From: Actinomycetota bacterium
Lineage (GTDB): Bacteria; Actinomycetota; Thermoleophilia; Miltoncostaeales; Miltoncostaeaceae
Assembly (NCBI GenBank): GCA_031372145.1
Contig: JANMKR010000176.1
Span: 1,876 to 65,875 of the forward strand
Direction of reading: 5' to 3'
Length of the DNA stretch: 64,000 nucleotides
Shown: positions 9,059-20,740 of the stretch, piece by piece
How positions within the stretch are numbered: position 1 is the first letter of the stretch
Layout of the letters: each line of letters begins with the position of its first letter
Position numbers and translations under genes: made by a program
Notes under the pieces: model-generated
What the model saw: the letters and a program-made list of their open reading frames with translations, nothing else
Databases searched by the model: none
Told to the model about the DNA's origin: nothing

Positions 9059-9295
9059 GCGCTGCCGATAACGGTTGAGTACGGGTGAGATCGACCACTA
9101 GTACCGATCCCCCCGTCTGCTCGCCAATTCCGCTGGGCGCCGCTCGTGCCCAACCTGAGCACCGCCTCAAGCACCTGACCGATGTTCGGTTTCCGTACGA
9201 CGGGGGGTGAATACGCGGGCTGAACCGCGTGTACCTGATACGGCGCTCCCCTCCCGGCGCTTGACATCCATCCATTCCTACAAGGAGCGATTCTC

Positions 9296-12200
9296 GTGAA
9301 ACCCCAGTCCCTCAGCCGAATGACGCGTCGGGCGCTCGGGCTGCTGACGACCATCGGAGCACTTGGCGCGGGAGCGTCATCGACCCTGGCCAATCCCGTC
9401 GTGGAGGTTGGCGGGAGCTGGACGGCCATCAGCGGAGCGGCAGGACCGTTCACCACTCCGGACGGCGGCAACACGATCACGGCCCCGGGTGGCGGGGGGT
9501 CGATCCCCGCCGGCTCCCACCTGCAGACCCAGTACTGCAACCAGTACGGGCCGAACACCCAGCTGGTCGGCGCCCATGTGCGGCGGGTGCGCTGGCACGC
9601 GACCTCCAGCGACATCTTCGGATACATGCGGATCCAAGGCCCGGACGGCGTCGACCTGCACAACCGGTACCTCTACAACCAACTGATCTCCCTTGAGATG
9701 CAAAAAGACACCGTGTACGACGACGACGTCAACTTCGGGGCAGGACAGTGCTTCTACGGTGGCATCTACGCCAACAACACGACGAGCAACTTGGGGTTCA
9801 CCACGCTGGTGACCAACCAGATCCTGGGCGTCAAGGTCGAGGACCTGCAGGGTCCGGCGATCGCAAATCCCGTCAGCACGGGTGCGTGGTTGACAGGCGA
9901 TGCGGCGCCGATCGAATGGGACCAGTCCGACAACAACTTCCTGCGCGCCAACACGTACGCACAGGTGGTCGGAGGAGGCACCGCAGATCTCGGTGACGCA
10001 GCCAACGGCCATGTCGGGGCCTGGGTCGGTGCCGGTGCCCTGACCGACGGTCAGCATCAGATCTGCGCCTACCGGGCGGCACAGTCCGCCTCGTGGCCGG
10101 TCGCCGGCGCGTGCACCATCTTCAAACTCGACCGCACCGACCCCGGTGTGCCGCTGATCAGCCTCAGCCCGGACACCGGTGGGGCTTGGACCAGCCAGGA
10201 CGTGACAGTCACCACGGGCCAGACGGCCGACGGCACCGGCTCCGGCTGGAACCGCAACCAATTCAACACCAACGGTGCCGGATGGAGCGACTCCCCCGCC
10301 GCTTTCACCCGCACCATCGAGGGTGACCTGTCGATCACCGCGCGCGCGATCGACAATGCCGGTCGCGCGAGCGGCTCCGCCACCGCCCGTGTGGTGCGCA
10401 TCGACAAGACCAACCCGATCGCCGCGGTCGCAATCGCATCGCAAACCACACCGGGCCTGGTCACCCTCTCGAACGACCTGACCGGCGACGCGTTGTCGGG
10501 GCTCAAGAAGTTCGCGGTCCACCTCGGTGCGGCAGACGGGCCGGTGGTCGCCACCAACGGGGCGGAGCTTGCCGACATCGGCCAATCCTTTCCCGCCAAG
10601 GACGTCGGATCGACGAAGTTCTTCCTCGTCGCAGAGGACAACGCCGGCAACACTGCGACTGCCGCCAGTGCAACGGTGCGGCTTGATTCGATTGCCCCGT
10701 CGCCGGCGTTGCAGACGGCACCTGCAGGGTGGATCAAGGATTTCGGTGTCACCGGCCCGGTCGACAACCGCCTCGAGGCGACGCTGACCGACAACGTGGC
10801 CGATGGCCTCGGCCCGGTTGAGGTGCAGATCCGTCAGGGCACCGGCGCATGGCAGAACATGGCCGCCTACAACCAGCCGGGCAGCCCCAACCTGGGTCAG
10901 GGACAACACTTGCTCGCCCCGTCGACGGCGGGACTCGTCCTGACCGACGGGACCGCCGAGATCCGTGTTGTCGCCCATGACCCCACGTTCAACACCCTGA
11001 TGGGCACCACCCCGGTTCAGACGGTCAAGATCGACCAGACCAGCCCCGAGGTCGCCGACGCCACCGGGTGGACGTCCACGCCGACCGGAGTCCCCGGTGC
11101 GTACCGGCTGACGCTCCCGACCCTGACGGATGTGACGTCCGGGTTGGCCACCGTCGAGGTCTTGGTCAACAGCAACCCCGCCGGCGGGCAAGCCGAGGCC
11201 GGGTTCGCCATCGCCGGATCGGTCGGCGACCCGACCGGCACCGTGGCCGTCACCGTCGACGCGGCGGGACTGCCCGCTGGGATCCACGCGACACGCGTGC
11301 GGGCAACCGATCGTGCAGGCAACGTCTTCATCACGAGCGGCCCGGTGGTCAACCTCGACAAGGACATCCCGATGGTGACCCCGGTGACCGTCACCGGCAC
11401 CGGCGTGGTGTCGTTTACCCTGCTGGACGCCGGCGGGTTCGGTGCCTGCCCGGTCAAGATCGAACTCAACGGCCCGGCCACCAACGCTGCGTGGCAGACC
11501 ATGTTCGAGCAGGCTGCGGGAACGCTCCCGGCCAACTTCAGCTTCCAACTGCCGATGTCGGGTATGGCAAACGGCGACTATCGGGTGCGTGCCGTTGTCT
11601 GTGACGCCGCGGGCAACACCGCAACTCAGGTCACGACGTTCAGCTGGACCGGTGGCCCCGTGCCCGGCTCCGGCGTGTCAACCGTGCTCAGCTACCAGGT
11701 GACCCAGCTCGCCGCAGACGGTCAGACCACAACCCGCGTTGTCGGTGGGCGGATCCTTCCGGTCATCCGTGGGATCTACAACCGACCCTTCGTCCTTCGG
11801 GGTCACATGCAGAAACCCGATGGCAGCGCCTTGAGCGGCGTGGGGATCGAGCTTCGTGACTCCGCCGGTCGGTACATCACTGGTGCGCGCACTGATGCGG
11901 CGGGCAACTTCGCGATCGCGACCCGGGCGACCGTCGGTGGAGTCTGGACCGTCAACCAGGTCGGCCAGGCCGAACGCGCGTCCGCCGCGCTCCTCGAGGT
12001 CAAGCCGATCGTACGGGTCGCGATGAAGATGACCCGTGGCGCCAAGGGCGGTCGCAAGCTCATCGTCACCGGCCGGCTCATCCCGCAGGCAGGCATGTAC
12101 AACAAGGCGATCCAGCTCCAGTGGAAGGACCCGGCCACCGGCAAGTGGCGCCCCGCGGTCAACGGGCGCATCGCCAGGAACGGCCGGTTCCGGATGGTGT

Positions 12201-12316
12201 ACCAGTTCCGCCGCCCCGGCGGGTACAAGGTGGCGTTCCGCGTCGCCGTCCCGACCGACAACGGGTGGCCGTACCTGGCGACCAACAGCCGCCTCGTGAC
12301 GCTCGCGATCGCCTGA
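9296..12316 (+). CDS. Large secreted/cell-surface protein with multiple Ig-like repeats and a CarboxypepD_reg-like domain
   Basis: GTG start with AGGAGC upstream and a signal peptide (MKPQSLSRMTRRALGLLTTIGALGAGASSTLA). A recurring xDxAGNxxT...(I/L)DxxxP motif appears at least four times, for example ARAIDNAGRASGSATARVVRIDKTNP and AEDNAGNTATAASATVRLDSIAP. The C-terminal part contains GVGIELRDSAGRYITGARTDAAGNFAIA. Confidence 0.6.
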   Translation: MKPQSLSRMTRRALGLLTTIGALGAGASSTLANPVVEVGGSWTAISGAAGPFTTPDGGNTITAPGGGGSIPAGSHLQTQYCNQYGPNTQLVGAHVRRVRWHATSSDIFGYMRIQGPDGVDLHNRYLYNQLISLEMQKDTVYDDDVNFGAGQCFYGGIYANNTTSNLGFTTLVTNQILGVKVEDLQGPAIANPVSTGAWLTGDAAPIEWDQSDNNFLRANTYAQVVGGGTADLGDAANGHVGAWVGAGALTDGQHQICAYRAAQSASWPVAGACTIFKLDRTDPGVPLISLSPDTGGAWTSQDVTVTTGQTADGTGSGWNRNQFNTNGAGWSDSPAAFTRTIEGDLSITARAIDNAGRASGSATARVVRIDKTNPIAAVAIASQTTPGLVTLSNDLTGDALSGLKKFAVHLGAADGPVVATNGAELADIGQSFPAKDVGSTKFFLVAEDNAGNTATAASATVRLDSIAPSPALQTAPAGWIKDFGVTGPVDNRLEATLTDNVADGLGPVEVQIRQGTGAWQNMAAYNQPGSPNLGQGQHLLAPSTAGLVLTDGTAEIRVVAHDPTFNTLMGTTPVQTVKIDQTSPEVADATGWTSTPTGVPGAYRLTLPTLTDVTSGLATVEVLVNSNPAGGQAEAGFAIAGSVGDPTGTVAVTVDAAGLPAGIHATRVRATDRAGNVFITSGPVVNLDKDIPMVTPVTVTGTGVVSFTLLDAGGFGACPVKIELNGPATNAAWQTMFEQAAGTLPANFSFQLPMSGMANGDYRVRAVVCDAAGNTATQVTTFSWTGGPVPGSGVSTVLSYQVTQLAADGQTTTRVVGGRILPVIRGIYNRPFVLRGHMQKPDGSALSGVGIELRDSAGRYITGARTDAAGNFAIATRATVGGVWTVNQVGQAERASAALLEVKPIVRVAMKMTRGAKGGRKLIVTGRLIPQAGMYNKAIQLQWKDPATGKWRPAVNGRIARNGRFRMVYQFRRPGGYKVAFRVAVPTDNGWPYLATNSRLVTLAIA

Positions 12317-12338
12317 CCGCGCTCCGGGTCTCACACCC

Positions 12339-12373
12339 GGGGACGCTCCGCGCACGCCGCGTGGAGCGTCCCC
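12339..12373 (+). terminator. Rho-independent-type hairpin after the 1006-aa gene
   Basis: GGGGACGCTCC (12339-12349) pairs perfectly with GGAGCGTCCCC (12363-12373) as an 11-bp stem with a 13-nt loop. It starts 23 nt after the stop codon. There is no obvious U-tract. Confidence 0.5.
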
Positions 12374-12423
12374 ATGCCTCCCGCTCCCGCGACATCCCGT
12401 TCCCGAACCTCGACGAGGCTGCA

Positions 12424-13776
12424 ATGAGCACGCACACACCCAGACATACCGACGGGACACGCCCCCGCCGAGCACCCCGGCGCTGGGCGAGCGCCACGGT
12501 CCCGATGGATCTGACCGATCAGCTCGGACGTTTCGCCGATGCGCGCGATCAGCTCGCAGCGATCGCGATGTACCACTTTCGTGATCTGGTGCGCCAGGTC
12601 GGGTGGCAGGTCGGCGACGCCAAAGCGGAGGATCTCGTCCAGGATGTGATCCTGCGCCACCTGGGTCGTCACGACACCGACCCGCAACCGCAGTACACGA
12701 GCGTCAACGCATACCACAAGCTGCGCTCAAGCCTCATCACGTCGACAAAGAACGCGGCGATCGACCATCTCCGCAGAACGGCGACGCGCGCTGAGATGCC
12801 GGTCGGAACGTTCGGGGGCGACCGGGTCGACACCGTCGTCGGACGCGCCGGCGGCGTCCTGACATCCGATGTCTGCGACGACCTCGTCCGCGATCTGGAC
12901 AGCTCGGCCCTCCATGACGGGTTGCGGCGCGTCGACGGACGCCACGCCCAGCTGCTTCGCATGAAACTCAACGGGGCGACCTTCAGCGACATCGCAACCC
13001 ACATGGAGGTCTCCACGACCACCGCCTACAAGGCCTACCAACGCGCAATGCGCAGCGTGCAACCGGTTCTCGAGCGGTACGGCGCCGGCGGCTTCTGCAA
13101 CGAGTACGGGCCGTACCTGATGATCGCGCGGCAGGAACACGACCGAGCTGACGATCCGTCAGGTGAACAACCGTTGACCGACATGATCGGCATTGAGCGT
13201 GCCCTCGAACTTCGTCTGCACGTCTACGGCGACCCCGACGTCGACTCCGACGAGGGCTGCGTCGCATGCCGACATGCCGGTGCCCAACACGGAGCGGCGC
13301 TCGTCATGTACCTCCCGGCGCCGTTGCTCCTGATGCCGGCGACCGGCGTCATCGCCGTCGCAAAGGGTGCGGCGGCAAGCGTGTGGAGTTCGGTGACGGG
13401 CTGGTTCAGCGGACTGCTGGGCGGATCTGCGGCCAGCGGCGTTGCCGCCAAAGGGGTGGGTGTCGTCATCGCCGCCGCCGTCGCGATCGGCGGGACGATC
13501 ACGGTCAACCATGTCGCCGACGGCCACGTCGCCCCCGCGCGCGGAGCGAAGGGGCTGACCGCCGCGCCCGCAGTGACGATCGCGGGACAACCGAAACCTG
13601 TGACGCCACCACCGATTCCCGCCAGAACATCGTCGCGTCGATCCACTCCTGCGACGAGCACGGCGCGCTCCGGTTCACCGGCATCGGGGTTGACACCCAC
13701 CCCGCAGCCACGCACCGGTGCCGATCGACCGCGCAGTGGTGGTCACGGCAACCCCGCTGCGGAGTTCACGCCATAA
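12424..13776 (+). CDS. ECF-like sigma-70 factor fused to a Cys-containing linker, one TM helix and a Pro/Ser/Thr-rich tail
   Basis: The start is ATG 12424. Region 2 is AEDLVQDVILRHL...NAAIDHLRR. Region 4 HTH is LLRMKLNGATFSDIATHMEVSTTTAYKAYQRAMR. These are followed by ...DEGCVACRH..., a hydrophobic segment (VGVVIAAAVAIGGTITV) and a P/S/T/R-rich C-terminus. The ORF-track extension 12121-12423 overlaps the previous gene and is discarded. Confidence 0.65.
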   Translation: MSTHTPRHTDGTRPRRAPRRWASATVPMDLTDQLGRFADARDQLAAIAMYHFRDLVRQVGWQVGDAKAEDLVQDVILRHLGRHDTDPQPQYTSVNAYHKLRSSLITSTKNAAIDHLRRTATRAEMPVGTFGGDRVDTVVGRAGGVLTSDVCDDLVRDLDSSALHDGLRRVDGRHAQLLRMKLNGATFSDIATHMEVSTTTAYKAYQRAMRSVQPVLERYGAGGFCNEYGPYLMIARQEHDRADDPSGEQPLTDMIGIERALELRLHVYGDPDVDSDEGCVACRHAGAQHGAALVMYLPAPLLLMPATGVIAVAKGAAASVWSSVTGWFSGLLGGSAASGVAAKGVGVVIAAAVAIGGTITVNHVADGHVAPARGAKGLTAAPAVTIAGQPKPVTPPPIPARTSSRRSTPATSTARSGSPASGLTPTPQPRTGADRPRSGGHGNPAAEFTP

Positions 13777-13946
13777 CCGGCGCCGACCGATCCCGAGCGC
13801 GTCGGCAGACGACCACAAATGCGACCTGGGCAGGGCATTCCCGACGCTGGCGCGTCGCGTCGCCGCTGCATATGGCAAAATGCGCGACCGCCAGCGGAAC
13901 GCGGCATGCATTCGCCTGGCCCAACCTCAAGCGAAACGGGTCCTTC

Positions 13947-14405
13947 ATGTTGATCAACGAACTGAGCAAGCGGGTCATCCCGTTTCGCGCGCATGACGCC
14001 AAACACGTCGGCGAGGGATCCTTCTACGTCGACCAGATCGTCTGGCTGAACGGCGACCGCATCGAGCTGGGCGAGAAGGTCGGGTTCAACTTTGGTTGCT
14101 ACGTCAACGGTTTCGGCGGTCTCACGATCGGGAACAGGACCATCATCGGGCCCTACACCATGATCCACACCGCCAACCACGAGATGGCGACCGACCGGCC
14201 AATCCCCGAGCAGGGGTGGAACCTGGGGCCGGTCGTCCTCGGTGCGGACTGCTGGATCGGAATGGGCGTCTGCATCCTGCCCGGCGTCACCTTGGGCGAC
14301 GGCTGCGTCGTCGGCGCGGGCAGCGTGGTGACACGCGACGTCGAGCCGTATTCGATCGTCGTCGGCAACCCGGCGAAGGCGATCAAGAGTCGCGTGGCTT
14401 CGTGA
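13947..14405 (+). CDS. Left-handed beta-helix (hexapeptide repeat) O-acetyltransferase
   Basis: Starts at ATG 13947 (MLINELSK...). Hexapeptide repeats such as IGNRTIIGPYTMI and LGADCWIGMGVCILPGVTLGDGCVVGAGSVV end in ...IVVGNPAKAIK, as in the Maa/LacA family. Confidence 0.75.
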   Translation: MLINELSKRVIPFRAHDAKHVGEGSFYVDQIVWLNGDRIELGEKVGFNFGCYVNGFGGLTIGNRTIIGPYTMIHTANHEMATDRPIPEQGWNLGPVVLGADCWIGMGVCILPGVTLGDGCVVGAGSVVTRDVEPYSIVVGNPAKAIKSRVAS

Positions 14406-15517
14406 GGGTTCTCTTCCTGCAACGTCAGCCGTGCGTCCGTGCGCTCAAGTACGCGGTCAGCCTGCGCGGCGCATGGCCCGAGCTGCAGTTGGGATTCGCC
14501 TATCAGGGGCGGACGCTGAGCGAGTTCTACGGCACGGGGGACGAGCTGTTCGACGGATGGTGGGACCTGGGTCAGGACGCCCAACCGATCGACGAGCTGC
14601 AGGCCGTGCTCGACGACTTCCAACCGGACCTGATCCACAGCCACAACCTGCCCGATGTGCTGACGGTACTCACCCTTGCGCTCGTGGGCGATGACATCCC
14701 GGTCGTCCACGACATCCATGATCTGCAGAGCCTGCGCTCCACGCCCTATCGCGACGGGTTCCCCGAGCCCGTCAACCCACTCGACCTCGAGCGGATCGCG
14801 ATCGAGGGTGCATCGGCACTCATCACCGTCTCACCCGAGCTGGTCGACGTCGTGCGCGCCCGATACGAACTGCCGGCGCGGACGCTGGTCCTGGGTAACC
14901 TGGCGTTGCGGCGCGACCGCGTCGTCGAGCTGCCGGAGCACCACGGCGACAGGACGGCCCAAACGATCGTGTACGAAGGAAGCCTCGCAACCGACGGTGG
15001 CCACTACGACCTGCGCGACATCTTCAGTTCGGTTGCGAACGCCGGCTTAGCGGTCGCAATCCACCCATCGCGTGCGGTTCCGGCCTATGCGCAACTGGCG
15101 GCAGGGCATCGGGGGATCCGGTGCCATGAATCGCTCGACCCGGCGACCCTGATGCAGACGCTGCCGCGCTACGACCTCGGCTGGGCCGGTTTCAACGCCA
15201 CCTTAAACGGGGCACACCTGGACACGGTGCTGCCGAACAAACTGTATGAGTACCTCGGTGCCGGACTCCCGGTGGTGACCCTGCACGACCACCTCGCGCT
15301 CCGCCGGTTCGTGGAGCAGGAGGGCATCGGTCTCGTCTTGCACGATGTCGCGGACATCGCGGACGCGGTACGCAGTCTGGACATGGAATCGCTGCGCCGC
15401 ACCGTCGCCGAAAAACGCGATCGCTACACGTTCGAGGCACAGGTGGGCGAGGTCATCGAGCTCTACCGCGACCTGGTCGGCAGGCCCACACCGCTCGACA
15501 GCGCGGTCGGCGTCTGA
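14402..15517 (+). CDS. GT-B fold glycosyltransferase (GT4-like)
   Basis: GTG 14402 overlaps the previous stop as GTGA. The C-terminal motif LPNKLYEYLGAGLPVVT is typical of GT1/GT4 enzymes. 371 aa. Confidence 0.7.
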   Translation: MRVLFLQRQPCVRALKYAVSLRGAWPELQLGFAYQGRTLSEFYGTGDELFDGWWDLGQDAQPIDELQAVLDDFQPDLIHSHNLPDVLTVLTLALVGDDIPVVHDIHDLQSLRSTPYRDGFPEPVNPLDLERIAIEGASALITVSPELVDVVRARYELPARTLVLGNLALRRDRVVELPEHHGDRTAQTIVYEGSLATDGGHYDLRDIFSSVANAGLAVAIHPSRAVPAYAQLAAGHRGIRCHESLDPATLMQTLPRYDLGWAGFNATLNGAHLDTVLPNKLYEYLGAGLPVVTLHDHLALRRFVEQEGIGLVLHDVADIADAVRSLDMESLRRTVAEKRDRYTFEAQVGEVIELYRDLVGRPTPLDSAVGV

Positions 15518-15578
15518 CGGCTGACGTCGGGCGTCGCCGGCCCTTGCCCGGCCAGGCGGCGCCAGCCATGCTGCCACG

Positions 15579-16673
15579 GTGAATCCGGAATCGATCCTCG
15601 CCCACGGCGGCGGCGCCAACCCGAGCGGTGGGCTGTCATCCCCGCTCGACCGCTCCACCACGTTCGCAGGCACGGCCGGCCAGTCGTCCGCGTACGGGCG
15701 CGCCCACAGCCCCATCCTGGAGGGGGTCGAAGCGACGCTCGGCGCGTTGGAGGACGCCACGGCATTGGTGTTTGCAAGCGGGCTGACCGCCTGGACCGCC
15801 CTCTGCCAGACGGTCCTTCGGCCAGGTGATGTCGCAGCGATCCCCACGCGCGGCTACTACGGGGTCGAGACCCACGCCCAGCTTCTGCTCGAGCCATGGG
15901 GAGTTGAGGTTCGTCGCTTCGATCCGATCGTACCGGCTGCTGTGGCGAACGCGGCCCGGGGAGCGCGCCTGGTCCTCGTCGAAACCCCCTCCAACCCGGA
16001 CATGCGGGTCGTCGACATCGCGCAGGTGGCCGAGGTCGTCCACGCGGCCGGCGCACTGCTCGTGTGCGACAACACGGTCGCCACCCCGCTGCTGCAGCGC
16101 CCGCTCGATCTGGGGGCCGACGTCACCTGGCAGAGCGCGACCAAGTATCTGGGCGGTCATTCCGACGTGCTGGCGGGTGTGCTCGCCATGCGCGATCCGG
16201 AGCTTGCCGGTCGGATCCGTCGCATCCGCACCCACATCGGTGGTGCGCTGGCCCCCGACCCCTCGTGGCTGCTCAACCGTGGCATGCAGACGCTCGCGCT
16301 TCGCGTCGCGCGCCAATGTGCGACGGCGCTCGACCTGGCAGCACGACTCGAGTCACATCCGGCGGTGGTGCGCGTCAACTACCCGGGCCTGCCCCATCAT
16401 CCGGACCACGCAATCGCGGCCGCGCAGATGACCGACGGGTTCGGCGGGCTGCTCTCATTCGAGCTCGCCGACGCGGCGACCGCTGACGGGCTCATCGCCT
16501 CGCTGACGATGATCCGTGGTGCGACCAGCCTTGGAGGTGTCGAGTCACTGATCGAACGCCGCAGCCGGATCGAGCCCCAGGGGCGCGTCCCGGCCGGACT
16601 GCTCCGCCTTTCGGTCGGCATCGAGCACGTCGACGACCTGTGGACCGACCTGACGGGCGCGCTCGAAGGGTGA
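15579..16673 (+). CDS. Cys/Met-metabolism PLP enzyme (cystathionine gamma-synthase/lyase family)
   Basis: 364 aa with the PLP-lysine motif SATKYLGGHSDVLAGV and typical family sequence throughout. Confidence 0.8.
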   Translation: MNPESILAHGGGANPSGGLSSPLDRSTTFAGTAGQSSAYGRAHSPILEGVEATLGALEDATALVFASGLTAWTALCQTVLRPGDVAAIPTRGYYGVETHAQLLLEPWGVEVRRFDPIVPAAVANAARGARLVLVETPSNPDMRVVDIAQVAEVVHAAGALLVCDNTVATPLLQRPLDLGADVTWQSATKYLGGHSDVLAGVLAMRDPELAGRIRRIRTHIGGALAPDPSWLLNRGMQTLALRVARQCATALDLAARLESHPAVVRVNYPGLPHHPDHAIAAAQMTDGFGGLLSFELADAATADGLIASLTMIRGATSLGGVESLIERRSRIEPQGRVPAGLLRLSVGIEHVDDLWTDLTGALEG

Positions 16674-16680
16674 CCCGTGG

Positions 16681-16704
16681 TCGGGCGGCGTGCGGACCGC
16701 CCGA
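16681..16704. terminator. Bidirectional hairpin between convergent genes
   Basis: TCGGGCGG (16681-16688) pairs perfectly with CCGCCCGA (16697-16704), with an 8-nt loop. It lies between the stops at 16673 and 16712. Confidence 0.5.
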
Positions 16705-16711
16705 TCTGGTT

Positions 16712-19815
<3,104 letters not shown>

Positions 19816-19861
19816 CCGGTGCGACGGGCGCGGCCCCCGTTGCCATGTGACACTCTCGCGC

Positions 19862-20740
19862 ATGAGCGCGACCGTTCTCCTTGGCTTGGTGTTCGCGTTG
19901 GTGACGGCGCTGACGGCGGTCATCGCGCTCCTGATGAAGCACAAGGGCGCCGTGACGGCGCCCGCGGTCGATGCCCGGCGGCCCGTGCGGACGTCGCTCG
20001 CCCTGTTTCGGGTCAAGTGGTACACGCTGGGAATGCTCGTCGCAGTGGGCTCGTGGGGGTTCCACGTCGCGGCCCTTGCGCTGGCGCCGATCTCGCTGGC
20101 GCAGGCGGTCATCGCAGGCGGCCTCGTCTTCTTGACGGCGGTGGCGGACCGACTCTTCGGACTCCACATCACGCGCCGCGAAGTCATCGGCGTCGTGCTG
20201 GCGGCGGCCGGGCTCGCGATCCTGGCGGCGACGCTCGATGGCGGCGCCGATGCCGCGCACGATCACTACGACACGGTCACGCTGCTCGCCTACGTGGGTG
20301 CCATCATCGCCACCGGCCTCGCCACCGCCTGGTGGGCACGACGGACTCCCAACGGCGGGGCGCTGCTGGGCATCTCAGCCGGATGCCTCTGGGGCGCTTC
20401 GGACGTGTGCATCAAGGGTCTCGCCGGCAACCTGGCCGGCGATACCGTGGGCACGCTCACCCATCCGCTCGTGCTCGTCATCGTCGGGGCGTCGCTCGTC
20501 GGCATGACCGTCTCCGCCCGGAGCCTGCAAGTGGGTCCGCCCATCGGGGTCATCGCCATGACCACCGCGGCAGGAAACATCAGCACGATCGTCGCGGGAC
20601 CGGTCGTCTTCGGTGAGCCGCTGCCCGACGGCCTCGGCGGAGTCGTGCTGCGCGTGATTGCATTCGGGCTCGTGATCGTCGCCGCAACCCTGACCCCTCC
20701 TGCAGCGACCTCGGAATCACCGGTGATCGGAGGACCATGA
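19862..20740 (+). CDS. Multi-pass membrane protein (DMT/EamA- or NIPA-like transporter)
   Basis: Starts at ATG 19862 (MSATVLLGLVFALVTALTAVIALL...). It has about 9 hydrophobic helices in 292 aa. Its end overlaps the next gene as ATGA. Confidence 0.5.
   Translation: MSATVLLGLVFALVTALTAVIALLMKHKGAVTAPAVDARRPVRTSLALFRVKWYTLGMLVAVGSWGFHVAALALAPISLAQAVIAGGLVFLTAVADRLFGLHITRREVIGVVLAAAGLAILAATLDGGADAAHDHYDTVTLLAYVGAIIATGLATAWWARRTPNGGALLGISAGCLWGASDVCIKGLAGNLAGDTVGTLTHPLVLVIVGASLVGMTVSARSLQVGPPIGVIAMTTAAGNISTIVAGPVVFGEPLPDGLGGVVLRVIAFGLVIVAATLTPPAATSESPVIGGP

Noticed and set aside
9060-9295. A ydaO/c-di-AMP-riboswitch-like element, suggested by GGGGGUGAAUA in the leader of the surface-protein gene.
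   Set aside because: Only one short block resembles the consensus GGGGUGAAUC. I could not find the characteristic 3' block as I recall it (CAGCUAACCUCG-like) or the pseudo-two-fold architecture.
12121-12423. N-terminal extensions given by the ORF track for many genes. Examples are 12121 for the sigma factor, 13266 for the acetyltransferase, 14096 for the glycosyltransferase, 58611..59756 for hisG, 55381..56376 for hisA, 44155..45183 for pyrH and 38211..39593 for rseP.
   Set aside because: The extensions overlap the upstream gene and are Arg-rich. In each case a start codon forming an ATGA/GTGA junction, or one preceded by a Shine-Dalgarno sequence, coincides with the family-typical N-terminus.
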